Positions 18,732-31,211 of a DNA stretch of 45,745 nt are shown here, piece by piece. Position 1 is the first letter of the stretch. The number at the start of each line of letters is the position of its first letter. Origin of the DNA: Chrysochromulina tobinii (lineage: Eukaryota); contig JWZX01002432.1 of NCBI GenBank assembly GCA_001275005.1, positions 1 to 45,745 on the forward strand, written 5' to 3'. A program made the position numbers and the translations under genes. Under the pieces are notes generated by a model that was given only the letters and a program-made list of their open reading frames with translations, was not told the DNA's origin and did not search any database.

Positions 18732-20657
18732 ATGCGGAGCTTGTCGACGGCGCATGAACTCAAGGCCGCGGCTTCCACCGCACTGGCTGGCCAGCTGTGC
18801 GCCTCTGGCACGGTTGGCCATGTGCACCAGCCACTTTCGCCCACATTGGATACGGTCGTGGCCAGTGTGTGCTGCCCTGGTCAGTGCGACCGCTGCGGCG
18901 GTGTTGACTGCTGGGCGCAAGCCGGTGGGCTGGCTTGCTGCGCAGCTCACGTCCACGCGCTAGGCGCACCGCCGTGCTCACGGGCCGAGGATGTGGGGTG
19001 CGTGCTTCCACACCCAGCAGCCGACGAGCTGCCCGCAGAGCTGCGTGAGGAGAGCTGCCTCGACGTGTGGTCTGCCGTCTTTCCAGGCGAGGTTGGGGAC
19101 TGGCGAGGCCGGTCGTGTGACTTCAAGGTGAAATGGGGCCAGTGCTCCCAATTCTACTCGAGCTGCCAGTGCTCGTGTGGCTACTGCTTGCCGACGCACG
19201 ACCACGGCTGCTCGCCATCAGGCGGCGAAGCACTAAGCGAAGCACCGCCGCCACCGGCCGAGTCGCTGCTGCCCATGCCTACTACGGGAGCAGAAACCTC
19301 CTCTTCCAGCGGCTCATCAAGCAAATCGCCTCTGCTGCTGCGCACGTCCACGTCGAGCGGGCTGCAGCAACCGCATCCGCTGGTTTGGCGTGATGTGCAG
19401 CTGCCGCCTTCACCTCCGCTCCCGTCACCGTTGCCGACTGGCAAGGAGTCGATTGGCAGCGCTGCAACGGGCACTCTGGGGCCCACACCGACGTCGAGCA
19501 TGCTGGTGGCGACGCTCGCATGGGCGGTGGCAACGCTGGCGGAGGGCGGGCCCGTCTCGCCTGAGGCGGCGGGCGTGCTGGCTGCGGCGCTACTGGTCAT
19601 ATGCCTTCTCTGCCGCGTCGCTGCCGCGTGCTGCCGCGTCGCCAGCCGGCCGGACGCACCCCTGTGGTTGCAGGCGTGCTCACACGCCTGCTGTGGCGCT
19701 CTCTTCCTGGGACACGCCGCCATTCCACACGGCCGCCATTCCATAGGGCCGACGCACGGCGCCGCGTACACGTCGGTGCACACGAACGGCAGTGTGATCG
19801 GTAGCGGCGTCCGCGGCGGCGCGCACCGGGCGGCGGCGGCCGCCGCCGCGCTCGAGGAGGAGGAGGACGAGGAGTACGACGACGAACGCTTCATCGACGT
19901 GGACGATGGATGGGACGAGGGATGGGACGAGGCGGGTTGTCCCGGTACCCGTGCGTCGTCTTGCTGCCATCGCTCGACGGCATCGTTAAGAGCCTCATCG
20001 GCATCCAAGCAGCAATCACGCTGCGTCGGCGGCCGCGGTAGCGGCGGCCGTGGCGGCGGCGGCGGCGGCACAGCCGCAGCAGCCGCAGCAGCCGCAGCCA
20101 CCGGCGGCAGCGAGGACGGTCTCGAGTACGATGCTCGCGACATATATGATGCGCCAGGGCTGGATGAGATGCCGGACCTCGAGGACGACATCAGACCGGA
20201 CGACTCGATCTCGGTCGCGTACTTCAAGACGTTAGAGGGGTCCGGTGCGAAGCCACCATTGCACGGCGAGTCCGTACGCGAGGGCGAAGGGGGCGGCGGC
20301 GCCGGCGCGGCGACCATGACGATCGAGGTGCCCAACACGACGCCAGGGACGAGCGAGAGGCCCAACACGACGCCAGCGACGATCGAGGCGCCCAACGGCT
20401 CACTGCACGCTATGGACGTGGAGCTCGATGGTCTCACCTCGACCGCCGAGCTGCGCCGAGGCATGCTGCAGGGGTACCGCGAGCTGCTCGGCGTGCAGCT
20501 GCCCCCGCATGCACTGCGTGTGCATGCACGGCTGCGCTCGGGCTCGTCGGTGCTGCTGACGGACGAAACGCCACTCTCGTCCACCGTCCTCGAAGCGGTC
20601 GCCTTCTACGTATGGGCAGTGCTCTCACCTGATGACATGCGCTCGATCAAGCCGTAG
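18732..20657 (+). CDS. Hypothetical membrane protein with Cys-rich, ShKT-like ectodomain
   Basis: 641-aa ORF; SCDFKVKWGQCSQFYSSCQCSCGYC resembles ShKT; hydrophobic AAGVLAAALLVICLLC segment; acidic region downstream. 5' end uncertain. Confidence 0.6.
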   Translation: MRSLSTAHELKAAASTALAGQLCASGTVGHVHQPLSPTLDTVVASVCCPGQCDRCGGVDCWAQAGGLACCAAHVHALGAPPCSRAEDVGCVLPHPAADELPAELREESCLDVWSAVFPGEVGDWRGRSCDFKVKWGQCSQFYSSCQCSCGYCLPTHDHGCSPSGGEALSEAPPPPAESLLPMPTTGAETSSSSGSSSKSPLLLRTSTSSGLQQPHPLVWRDVQLPPSPPLPSPLPTGKESIGSAATGTLGPTPTSSMLVATLAWAVATLAEGGPVSPEAAGVLAAALLVICLLCRVAAACCRVASRPDAPLWLQACSHACCGALFLGHAAIPHGRHSIGPTHGAAYTSVHTNGSVIGSGVRGGAHRAAAAAAALEEEEDEEYDDERFIDVDDGWDEGWDEAGCPGTRASSCCHRSTASLRASSASKQQSRCVGGRGSGGRGGGGGGTAAAAAAAAATGGSEDGLEYDARDIYDAPGLDEMPDLEDDIRPDDSISVAYFKTLEGSGAKPPLHGESVREGEGGGGAGAATMTIEVPNTTPGTSERPNTTPATIEAPNGSLHAMDVELDGLTSTAELRRGMLQGYRELLGVQLPPHALRVHARLRSGSSVLLTDETPLSSTVLEAVAFYVWAVLSPDDMRSIKP

Positions 20658-20669
20658 CTCTACCGTATG

Positions 20670-20705
20670 TCTAGGGATCCCTAAGGGATCCCTAAGGGAT
20701 CCCTA
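20670..20705. repeat. Short tandem repeat (10-11 bp unit) of palindromic AGGGATCCCT
   Basis: CTAGGGATCCCTAAGGGATCCCTAAGGGATCCCTA just after the stop codon. Confidence 0.85.
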
Positions 20706-21194
20706 CAGCAGTGCGTCGGGTCGTCGTCCCCTCGACGCTTCCACCAGCTCTCGATCGGCTTTTCGAGGCCGCAGTCAACGACTTACGTGACCATACAATG
20801 GCACTTTTTCAGCCAGACTTCAGAGAGCCTAACGTAACCTCTGTCGTTCTGTCGCTGCGCCGCGCACGGCAATGGCGAATGGCCGAACTCGTTTTAGGAC
20901 TCAGAGAGCCATTGCTCAGAGCTCGGCCTTTGGCCAGCTCTCGGGGCTGTTTTATCATAACGGTTAACGCATCGCTGTGTGAAGTACAAGTTGTCAACAG
21001 GAGACCGTTTGGTATCTCAGTTACGACGTTTTTTAAACGCGGTGACGTTACGTCGCCATATATGTTATATCGTTCCGCGGAGATTTACGATGTGTTTGTG
21101 GGAACATACGCCCATCAGCCATCTGTGACTGTGTGCCGTGCTGTCTGCTGAGTTCACGGAGTTCTGACGTGTGACGTCTAGTGTCGAAGAGACG

Positions 21195-22800
21195 TCAAAT
21201 CCACTCCAACATACAGCACCAGTCTCCGGACCGGCAATCCAGCATAATATCCACAGCACGCACGAGCGCGAGGTTTTCTGTACATGTAAGACTTAGTTCA
21301 CGCCGACGACGCTGCGCCCGCTTTGCCTGATACGAGCGCTGGAGAGCAATCGCAGCGGCATGCGCCTCAACTCCATATGGCCTCATCACAAAGGCCGCGG
21401 GCTTCGCGGCCATGCGCTGGGGCGCGTTGAATGGATTTGGGCCCTCCATTGGTCGGGTGAAGGCGTCGTAGATGTTCATGTGCTTTGCGGCCGCCTCGAC
21501 AGCGCTCAGTGGGCGCTGGGGGCGCTCGACCGCCATTCGCGTGTGCGTCTGGTAGCAGAGCGCCGTACGGTGGTGCCACCGGCAGCAGTGGCGCTCCCGG
21601 CACCGGTGCCGGCACTCGGACCGGTAGCACTCGTACTGGTAGCAGAGGGCCATGCATCGGTTGCAGCGGCGGCGGCAGCTGGTCTTTGCAAGTTGCTCGC
21701 ATCTCTTCGTCGATCGACTCGTCCGAAGCAGCCGACTTCGGAGTGAGTGGCGGCGTCGAGGTGGGAGTGAGAGGGGGCGTGAGCGCAGGCGTGGACGGGG
21801 GTGTGAGCTCCGGGTGCAGCTTGGCGAGCGTGCCCTTGATTAAGGGCACCATCAAGAGCCGATTAAACGAAGGGCGGCGCTGTGGCTGCTTGTTGAGCAT
21901 CGAGTCGAGCAGCGAGCACAGTGCCTCCGAGTAGTGCTGACGCAGCGGGGCGACACGAAGGCTCCCCGAGCACACGAGCTGCATGAGCGCGAGCATGCCT
22001 TGCCGCGGCCTCATTTGGTCCAGCCACGGTGTCTGGAGTGTCATCATCTCGTAAAGCACACAGCCCAATGCCCACGTATCGCACCCGCGGTCGTACGGCC
22101 GGCCGCTACACAGCTCTGGCGACATGTACAGGGGCGAGCCGCACTTGGTCAACGCCAGGCCGTGCGAGGCAGAGAGGCACTTGCTGATGCCGAAATCGCC
22201 AATCTTCACGTCGCCAGAGGCGCTCAGGAAGATGTTTTGGGGCTTGATGTCGCGGTGCAGCAGGAAGAGCTTGTGATGGCAGTATGCGAGGGCGCTGCAA
22301 GCCTGAGCAACCATCTTGAGGCACTCATCCTCCGAGAACCGAGGACCGCCGAGTCTCAGTGGTCGCTGCTTCCGCTCGACGATCGCAGTGCCCAGGTCAC
22401 CTCCCTGCGCCCATTCCATGAGGAGAATGAGCTTCGCCTCGGCCCGGTCGACTTGCGAGTCGATATAGGCGATGAGGTTCGGATGCTTGAGTCTGCGCAA
22501 GACCGTCGCCTCGTTACAGGCTCGCTCGAGCTCCTTGGAATCGGCGCCCTTGAGGGAGACTTCCTTCATGACGCACGTCTCCCCGGTCCGCTTGTCAGTG
22601 GCCAAGAAGCAAGACCCGAAGCTGCCACTGCCAATCAATTTGGTCTTTGTGTAGACGGTGAGGATCGATGGCTCCGCGCGCTGCGCTGGGAAGGCGACTG
22701 GCGGCATGCACTCAGCGAGGAACTGGGGCGTGCATGGTGATGAGCCGCCGAAGAAAGCGAGCGCATTCTGTGAGGAGATGTGTCGTGGTTCACGAGACAT
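21195..22800 (-). CDS. NIMA-related (NEK) Ser/Thr kinase, probably with C-terminal IQ motif; proposed join(22800..21637,21548..21195)
   Basis: IGSGSFG, VMKEV, MEWAQGGDL, HRDIKPQNIFL, KIGDFGISK and GSPLYMSPELC. An 88-nt GT..AG intron (21549-21636) would link to the frame encoding AAIALQRSYQAKRAQRR. The unspliced ORF stops at 21367. Confidence 0.85.
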
Positions 22801-23055
22801 TCAGCAGAATAAGTTCATGTGCTTGCGTCTCCGAACCTGGGACAACGCACCCGACGAAAACCGAGCGTTTTCCAATCAGATTCGCAATCAGCCTCATCTT
22901 TCCGACGTGGCTTCGGGTCTTCTCGGACAGCCTTCTGTGAGCGCCTTAGCGCTGCGAGGCCAGCACCAACGCCGGCGACGAGAGCCTTACTGCCGACCCA
23001 TTCATCCTGACGCCGCGTGTCGCCCCGTGCTCAGGTCAGCAGCATCCACACGCAA

Positions 23056-24050
23056 ATGGCACAGCAAGCTCTCAACAACCTGGCGCGAGGCGCAATCGGC
23101 ATTGGTGCAGCTGCCAGCCTGGCGCAGGCCTCCCTCTTCAACGTGGACGGTGGATTCCGCGCCGTCATGTTCAATCGCCTGCAGGGCGTGCAGGTCAGCA
23201 CGACCGCGCACGCGCAAGCGCAGCACTCACTGCACGCATGGCCAGGCGCATGCCGCAGCGACGCGTTCTCTGCGCCACCCTCTGCTGCTGGCCATCTGCC
23301 AAAGGCGCGATCCCGCTCATCAGCCTCGTGCGTGTCGCCCGCTGGTCCTCGCAGAAAGGCGTGATTGGCGAGGGGACGCACTTCCGGATTCCTTGGCTGC
23401 AGACGCCGCACCTCTTCGACGTGAGGATAAAACCGCGCAACATCTCGTCCTCGACAGGGACCAAGGATCTGCAGGTGGTGACGATCAACCTGCGTGTGCT
23501 CTCGCGGCCGGACGAGGAGTTCCTGCCAGACATATTCAGCAGCCTGGGCCTTGATTACGACGAGCGAGTGCTGCCCTCGATTGGCAACGAGGTGCTCAAA
23601 GCGGTCGTGGCGCAGTACAACGCAGAGGCGCTGATCACGAAGCGTGAGACGGTGTCGCACGAGGTGCGCACCGCTCTCACGAAGCGCGCCAACGAGTTCC
23701 ACATCAAGCTCGACGACGTCGCGATCACGGACCTCAAGTTCGGCAAGGAGTTCACGTCGGCGATCGAGTCGAAGCAGGTGGCCGAGCAGGATGCCGAGCG
23801 CGCGCGCTTTCTCGTAGAGAAGGCCGAGCAGGAGAAGAAGGCTGCCATCATTCGTGCAGAGGGCGAGGCGACGGCGGCCGCTGTCGTGTCCGAGGCGCTG
23901 CAGGGCTCGCCGGCGCTCGTCGAGCTGCGCCGCATCGAGGCAGCCAAGGAAATCGCGGAGACGCTTTCCAAATCTCGCAACGTCACCTACCTCCCGTCTG
24001 GCGGGCAGAACATGCTCCTGAACATCAGCTCGGCGAGCAGCAGCGCGTGA
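23056..24050 (+). CDS. PHB: Prohibitin (SPFH family); join(23056..23193,23355..24050)
   Basis: [21 protein letters not shown], then a phase-0 GT..AG intron, then [43 protein letters not shown] and [11 protein letters not shown]. Confidence 0.95.
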
Positions 24051-24422
24051 GCCGCGACGTGGCCCGTTGGCCTGCGGTGGAGGCCTATGCACACTGAGGA
24101 TGATCAGGCGCGACGATGGTGTGCAAAAGGGGTGCCGGGTGCACGCACGAGCCGCGCGCGGGAGAGACTGGTGATTGCCGTGTGTGCGCGACACCGTGTG
24201 CCACAGCCTCTTGAGACTCGAGAGGGTGCAGATTCATGGCTGATGGAGGCCAACGGTGTGTTCAACATTAGGCTAGCCCCCTACACTCCTCTTGCTACCT
24301 TTGCCGGCGCAGCACAACAGCGAAAAATGGCAGGGCGCCGCGCTGCTTCCGGCTTTGTGCTGTGAACGGTGGTTTCGCCGTCCCGGTGATTAATTTCAAT
24401 AAGTGGATCGAGTTCATGCATC

Positions 24423-25925
24423 ATGGACGAAACTGGTTTTTCGGGCACGCGAAATTCCCCACTTCCAAATTTGCAAAAGCGGTGTTGTCACACCACTCCT
24501 CTCGTACGGTCGACTGTGCGCGAGCCGCCCAAACAGATGGACGCCGCGATCGCGGCGCGGCTGTATCCGCCACCCTTGAGCGGCGCTGGCCTCAACTTTA
24601 GCCTCTCGCTCACGACGTTCGCCACACAATGGCGAAAATTGGAGGTCCATCTTCCTGCCCTGCTCCACGGCTTGCGTTCCGGCAAGATAGAGGACTATGT
24701 TAGCGGCGAGGGGCAGGATCGCTGGGTGGACCAAATCTTCAAAGGGCGACGAAGAGAAAAGCTGTTTATGGTCGAGAGCGGAGCCTTCGATGGCGTCTTG
24801 TCGAGCAACACACTATTCCTAGAAGCAGTTCGGGGCTGGGGCTGTTTGCTTGTCGAGGCCAACCCCTTGTTGCTGCCGGTGATTCTCGGCTCGAGGCGCC
24901 GTTGTCACGTCTTCTCGGGCGGCTTGCAAATGAGCGACAAGCCCGTCGAGTATGCCGACTTCCATCCGGCCCACACCATGGGCAGCTTCGACTCCTTCGT
25001 CGACAAGGAGATGCTGAGCATCGTGAAGGCGAAGGTTCGACTGCTTAAAAATCAAATCGTCGGGAAGGACTCGAAGGCCGAAGCTGATACGAAGTCGATC
25101 TCCGTCCCAAGCTTCCCATTGCACCGCATCCTGCTCGCTGCCGGCCAGCGCGTCGTCGACTACTGGAGCCTCGACACGCAGGGGAGTGAGCCTCTGATCC
25201 TCGCGCACACCAACTTCACGGCGATCGAGGTGGGCGTCTTGACCGTCGAGCACGAGGAGCATGCGGCTCGGCGCTATGAGATTTGCAAGACGCTCGAGCA
25301 GCGAGGCTTCACACGTGTCCAAAAGACCGGAAAGGATGATTACTTTGCCAATCGAGCCTATTTTGAGCGCAGGGGCTTTGGATTTTCATTTGAAGGTATT
25401 CCGTGTCCTTCCTCGATTCACGACGCTACTTTGGAGTCTCAGGCAGAGGGAGGTGACTATGCCGACAGAGCACACATGACATATGCCGACAGAGCACACA
25501 TGACAGACGTGGGTCGCCTAGACGTGGGTCGCCTCCCAAAACATTCAAATGGCCTGCGCGCGCCCAAAGCCCGCAGCGGGTGGACACCCGAGCAGCGCGC
25601 GGCACAAAAGGCTGCGCGAGCCCGCGTCCGCGCTGCACTCCGCGCCCGCTGCCTAGATGAAGGCAAGGACTGCGAGTTGGTGCGCATGATGGAGGAAGTG
25701 GCTTTTGGCAAACACGAAGGCAAGCCGGAGTCGGCGATGGTCTCTAAGGGTCGGTTTCTGAAGAGGCAAAAGTTGCTGAAGAGGCAAAGGAAGGAGCATG
25801 GGAAGGAGGTGCTCTCCAGGGCGGTTCGAGAAGATCGGGTGGTGGAGGTGGCCCCCTGCCCGGCATCGGCCCTGGGCTGCGACAAGGCGACTGGTGCTCC
25901 GATTTCCCGTCACTGGGGTGAGTGA
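24423..25925 (+). CDS. FkbM-family (Methyltransf_21/Star-like) SAM methyltransferase
   Basis: FMVESGAFDGVLSSNTLFLE...WGCLLVEANP and VDYWSLDTQGSEPLIL...VLTVEH. Confidence 0.85.
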   Translation: MDETGFSGTRNSPLPNLQKRCCHTTPLVRSTVREPPKQMDAAIAARLYPPPLSGAGLNFSLSLTTFATQWRKLEVHLPALLHGLRSGKIEDYVSGEGQDRWVDQIFKGRRREKLFMVESGAFDGVLSSNTLFLEAVRGWGCLLVEANPLLLPVILGSRRRCHVFSGGLQMSDKPVEYADFHPAHTMGSFDSFVDKEMLSIVKAKVRLLKNQIVGKDSKAEADTKSISVPSFPLHRILLAAGQRVVDYWSLDTQGSEPLILAHTNFTAIEVGVLTVEHEEHAARRYEICKTLEQRGFTRVQKTGKDDYFANRAYFERRGFGFSFEGIPCPSSIHDATLESQAEGGDYADRAHMTYADRAHMTDVGRLDVGRLPKHSNGLRAPKARSGWTPEQRAAQKAARARVRAALRARCLDEGKDCELVRMMEEVAFGKHEGKPESAMVSKGRFLKRQKLLKRQRKEHGKEVLSRAVREDRVVEVAPCPASALGCDKATGAPISRHWGE

Positions 25926-26237
25926 ACAATCGGTGTGCCTCATCAGCGGAGCTGGGAGGCAGGCAGCGCGGAGTACGGTACGTATCGCGTGCATGATCCC
26001 GCGTGTGCCCTCGAGAGAGGCGTATGTACGCTCGACCCCCTGGAATGAACCTTAGACTTTGTTGGCGGGAAGGGGTTTCCCGTCCTACCGGTCTCTTACC
26101 TTACCGCTTACGTCTTTCGTAGCTCATCGGTACCGGTACCGAGCAGCGCGGGGTCGTGTCACTATTTTTTTTTTGGAGGAAATTCACACAGTTTTCACAG
26201 GCACGAGTGGCCGCGTCGCCGATGCGCAAAGGCTTCA

Positions 26238-29200
26238 ATGGCGACGCGCGGAGAGATGCCTGTCAGTGGAGAGATGCCTGTCAAGAAGGTCGATGCGCGC
26301 GATTGCAATCTGTTGCTCGATGAGCTGGCTGCAATGCTGGGCTGTGCAGCTGTACGCAAAGTTCAGAATCTGCACAAGGCCGCTCAAGACCTGACCTGCA
26401 CCCAGGCGAAGCAGGCAGAGAATAGCCCGACGATTGCAAAGGAGCCTCTACCGACCGTCGTCGTCACGACGGGCAACGATCGCGATCCGCAGTCTGAACC
26501 GCGCGCCAAAGTTTTGATCAGCGCCCTCATCCAGCATGGCAAGCTCGCACCGATCTTTGTGACACGTTACCATACATCGTCAAGGCCTGCCACGATCATA
26601 AGCCTGATGACACAGAACGATGCCATCGCCGTCGTCGTCGTCGATGGCAACGGGACTCATCTGCGGATGCGCGATGCGAAACATGACTTTCGTCTGCACG
26701 GCGGCTTTGGTGTATTCCGTGTGAAAAACGTCCTGAGAGGTTGCTCTGACAACCTGACGTCAGCATGCGCATTGCGCGAGGGTGATGTGTTTGTCGATTG
26801 CACGGCGGGTCAGCTGCAGGACGCGCTCGTGGCTGCGGCGGCGGTCGGCCCGACGGGACGTGTGATCGCGCTCGAGGCCAGCCCTCTGCTGTGGTCGGTC
26901 TCCTCGGGTCGGCCGGTCTGCACAGGCGACGAGGACATCGATCGGCTCTTGAACGAGCGTATCGAGGTGCGGCTGGGTGAGGCGGCCGAGCTGCTGCGAG
27001 CGATGCCGACCGGCTCCGCCGACGTGGTGTACTTCGACCCGATGTTCACGAGGCCGGTCAAGGCCGACACGAGCTTCGAGACGCTCCGACCGCTCGCATA
27101 TCACGAGGCGCTCTCGGCAGAGGCGATCGCGCAGGCGCGGCGCGTGGCGCGACGACTCGTCCTCGTGACCGATCAGCCGGCCAGTGGCGAGCTCGAGCGC
27201 CTCGGCCTTCGGGTGGTCTGGAACGGCCAGCGCAAGCGCTACGGCGCCATCGAGAGCTTGCAGGCCGAGGCTACGGGCGCCATCTCGGGCGTGGTCGAGA
27301 TCGCCGCGGGAGCCGCGGAAGTACGTGGCAGCGGCCGAGGGGGCCGTGGCGGCCACGTCGATGCCCACGACGACGCGCCAATCGCCCACGACGACGCGTC
27401 GGCTGCCCGTGCCGCACGTCGGGCAGCACGTCGCACAGCCGCTGCGCCGTCCGCCGTCGCACAGTACGCAGCTGTGACATCACCGCCGCCACCATCACCG
27501 CCTCCCTCGCCACCTCCGTCGCTACCGCCGCCCTCGCCGCCACCTCTGTCGCCGCCGCCACCTCTGCCGCCACTGCCACCGCCGTCAACGGCGCCCGCAA
27601 CGGCGCTCATCGTGCGCCTCGAGGCAACCTCTTTGGGTCTCGCATGGCCGCTGCAGGAGCTGCGCCTCGGTTTGGCCACGCAGGGGGCGCTCGGCATCCG
27701 GTGCTACGACTGGGTGCTCATCGAGCGCGGCGTGTGCGCGATTGCTTGCAGGGCCGCGCTCGACCCGAGCGTGCCCGACGGGAGCGCGATGCTGCCCGAG
27801 TGGATGCATGCTCAGCTCCGTGCCGCCGCCCACGACGACGCCCACGACGACGGCGCGCCGACTGCTCACGACAGCGCTGCGGCGGCTCACGACAGCGCGT
27901 CTGCTGGCCCAGTGGGACAGCCTCTCGTCGGCCGACTGAGCGCTGTCGTGAGCGCGGAGAGGGTCGGCCTTCTGAGGGACGACACGGCCGTTGGTTTGGC
28001 GCCGTCTCGAGCGCTCACGGTGGCGCTGCGGGTGACCTTCGCGCTCGCTCGAAGAGGTGCTCGAGACGGCGCGATCCAGGCCGAGGGCGAGGACGACGAT
28101 GCTGTGGGGTTGGCGCTCGCCGCCGCCTCCTCCTCCGAGGCGAGCGCCGTGTCGAGCGCCGAGGACGACGAGCTCGAGCGCGAGCGCGAAGAGGGGCCAC
28201 CACGACGACGCGTCGACGGCCGACCAATCGAAGGACCTCCGCACGCGCCGTCGCGGGCGGCTAGCGCTCCTCGCGCATTGTTCGACGCGGCGGCGCTCGG
28301 CGCGGCGCGTCGGCAGTTGCTTGGGCTGCCGCTGCTTCTGGGTGGACTGTGCGCTGTGCAGCGGCTCGACGGCGTGGCGGTGCTGCGAGTCTGCGGGTGG
28401 GACTGTGGCGAGAGCGGCGGTGGTGGCGAGGGCGGCGAGGGCGGCGGGGGTTGCGGTGGCGGCGGTGGCGGCGGTGGGGGCGAGGTCGGCGAGGGCGGCG
28501 TTCTTCGAAGGGGCGAGCCGGACGATCCTTCTCTGCGCCCGCGCCCCTGTTGCATCGGCCTTGCGACCGTGCTCCACGTGGTCGATGATGGTGACCACGT
28601 GGAGCCGACACGCCGTACCGCTCTGCCATCGAGGAGTCCATGCGCGAACGATGCGAGATGCACGATGCACGGCGCACGTGTCCTCTCCGCCCTCACCCGC
28701 CATGCCCTCGCACTCCTCTCTGCCTCGCTCGGCGCGCAACGAGCGCTTGCCTCAGGCGATGCGAGGCTGTCCGCGGCCGCCGCTGGTGGAGGCCATGCGT
28801 TGCTCTGCGGCCCGTCTGGCAATGGGAAGCGCCGCCTCCTTCGGCGTCTGGCTGCCCGAGTGCAGCGTCGCCTCCCAGGCACGTCGCTCGTGCGGGTGCG
28901 CTGTGCCTCCCTCCTCGCCGCCGCCAGCTCGGGCCGCCTCGCCGCGGCGCTCGATGCCCCATTTGACGAAGCGCGCCGCGCCGTCCCGAGCGTGCTGCTG
29001 CTGAGCGAGCTCGGCCTGCTGGCACCCGCCGCGCCCGCCTCCTCGGGTGCGGGCGCCGACTCGGAGGGCGGAGTGCACACCCAGGTGGCCATGGCGCTGC
29101 TCAGAGCGATGCGCTCGACGCCACCGGGCGTTCTCGTCATGGGCAGTGCGCTCGATCCGCTCCATCTACCACCGTGCCTTCGCTTCCACGGAGGATTCGA

Positions 29201-30811
29201 AGCGCTCTTTGAGCACACGCTGCCGACGGCCGCCCAGCGCGCGGCGCTGCTTGCCAGCTGGCTGCCCGGCGCGGCGCTCACCGGCACGGCGCTGCCTGGG
29301 CGCCTCTCCGCCACCAATCCCATCGGCTCGCCGACGGGCCACAGTCAACGTGGCGAGGAGGATGCTCCTAATACGGATGCTCCTAATACGGATGCTCCTT
29401 ATATGGATGCTCCTAATTTGGATGTCCCTAATATGGAAGGTCCTACCACGAAGGCGCGAGCGGCGGCGGCGGCGACAGGGCGAGAGCCCTTGGCGGACGA
29501 GCTGCGAGCCGATGCGCCGCTCAGCGCAGCGGTGCATGCAACTGTGCTGAGCGAGCTCACGGCCGGACGTTCGCTACGCGAGGTTCGCCGGCTGCTCGGC
29601 GCCGTGGCAGTGCGTGCGAGCGCTCGCGGCGGCGTGCCCACTTGGGGAGACGTTATCACCATACTACAGGTGCTCGTGCCCACCGAAGCTCCCTCCCCGA
29701 TGATCTCTGGCGTCCAGGGTCTCGGCAGCGGGTTGACGAACCCCTGGGCTCGCGTGGGCGGGTACTGTGCGCTGCGCGCGCGTCTGCAACGACTCCTCGC
29801 GACCATGCAGAGCGCGGCTGGCACGGGAGGTGTAACGGCTCTCGGGGTGGCCCCCCCGAGCGGCGCGCTGCTCTACGGCCCCTCGGGCAACGGCAAGTCG
29901 CTGCTCGCGAGCTGCCTTGCGGCCGCGTGCGGCTGGCCCACATTCTGCGTCAAAGGTTCTCAGCTGTTCGGCGCGTACGTGGGCGAAACGGAGGCGGCCA
30001 TTCGGGAGCTCTTCCGCAAGGCTCGAGAGAATGCGCCGTCGATTGTGCTGCTCGACGAGCTCGATGCCATCGGCGGCAGCCGCGGTGACCTCGGCGAGGC
30101 GAGCGAGCAGGGCGGCGGCGGCACCGCAATGGAACGCGCCCTCTCTACCTTGCTCAACGAGATGGACGGCGTCGGGATCGCGGGACCCAAATTTGGGAGC
30201 GTGGGCGACGGCGCGGGCGCCGTCTCGGGCGTACCCGCCGTCTTCCTGCTCGGCCTCACCAACCGGCCAGAGCTCGTCGACGCGGCACTCCTTCGGCCTG
30301 GGCGCCTCGAGCAGCTCCTCCACGTGCCTCACCCTAATTTGGAAGAGCGTGAGGCCATATTAGGAGTGCACACGCGCCACGTCACTCTGGGAGACGAGGT
30401 GAACCTCGCCAGCATCGCTGAGCGGACGGAGCGCTTCAGCGGCGCGGCGCTCGCAGCTCTGTGTCGAGAGACGACGATGCAGGCGCTCGCACGCCAGTGG
30501 CGGCGGCGGCGGGGGGGGGGCGGCCGATGGGAGCGAAGGAGGACGGCGAAGTCAACGACAACGATGACGATGGTGAGGAGGAGGAAGAGGAGGAAGAGGA
30601 GGAAGAGGAGGAGGAGGAGGGCGTCGCGCTGTCCGGAGGTACCGCCGCGGCGTTCGTCGAGGAGGACGACATGGATGAGTCGATCTTGGTCCGCGCGATG
30701 GATTTCGAAAGGGCTGGACGCGTCGTGCTGCGCTCGCTGGTACACTCTGACCAAGAGCATGCCAAGTTGGAGCAGAGGGACGCGAAGTTCCGAGCATCGA
30801 GGACCATGTGA
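26238..30811 (+). CDS. RsmJ-like SAM methyltransferase fused to a Cdc48-type double AAA+ ATPase; probable 1-nt frameshift at G10 run 30511-30520
   Basis: DVFVDCTAGQLQDA, VIALEASPLL and ADVVYFDPMF; degenerate D1 (LLCGPSGNGKR, VLLLSE); intact D2 (LLYGPSGNGKS, VLLDELD, LLNEMDG, TNRPELVDAALLRPGRL). The AAA lid-like VRAMDFERA lies in the 30461-30811 frame. Confidence 0.75.
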
Positions 30812-31211
30812 CGACCGTCAGAAGACCATGTGCTTCGAGGACCATGTGACGCTCGCAGGCGCTCCAAGTCGGTCCTAACCGGTGCGCCGCCGCACGCACG
30901 CCATGCGAAGCACGCCATGTGAAGCACGCCATGCGACGCCATGCGACGCTCGCACGCTACGTGGGCGACGCACAGGCAAACCACCAACCCTGCCCCCTGT
31001 CCATGGCGGTGGCTTGGACTGAATCCTCTGCGAGATCCCTCCCGAGGCTCGGGCAGCCATCGCGGACGCTGCCTAATGAGGAGAAACCTCCTAATTTGGG
31101 ACGCTTGCATGCGCGAGGGCCGGCCACCGCCATCGAGCGGATGAGTCTGGGACACATATGGCACAAAACATGCGCCGCGCCGCATACGACCCTGAACTCG
31201 AGCCACTTTGG

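Noticed and set aside
19181..20584. Long antisense or alternative-frame ORFs (also 27887-29323, 36761-37795, 41837-42964, 43454-44677)
   Set aside because: Shadow ORFs of GC-rich genes with no recognisable domains.
20711..21151. 146-aa ORF
   Set aside because: GTG start and no recognisable family; cannot be supported, although a short gene from the ATG near 20798 is not excluded.
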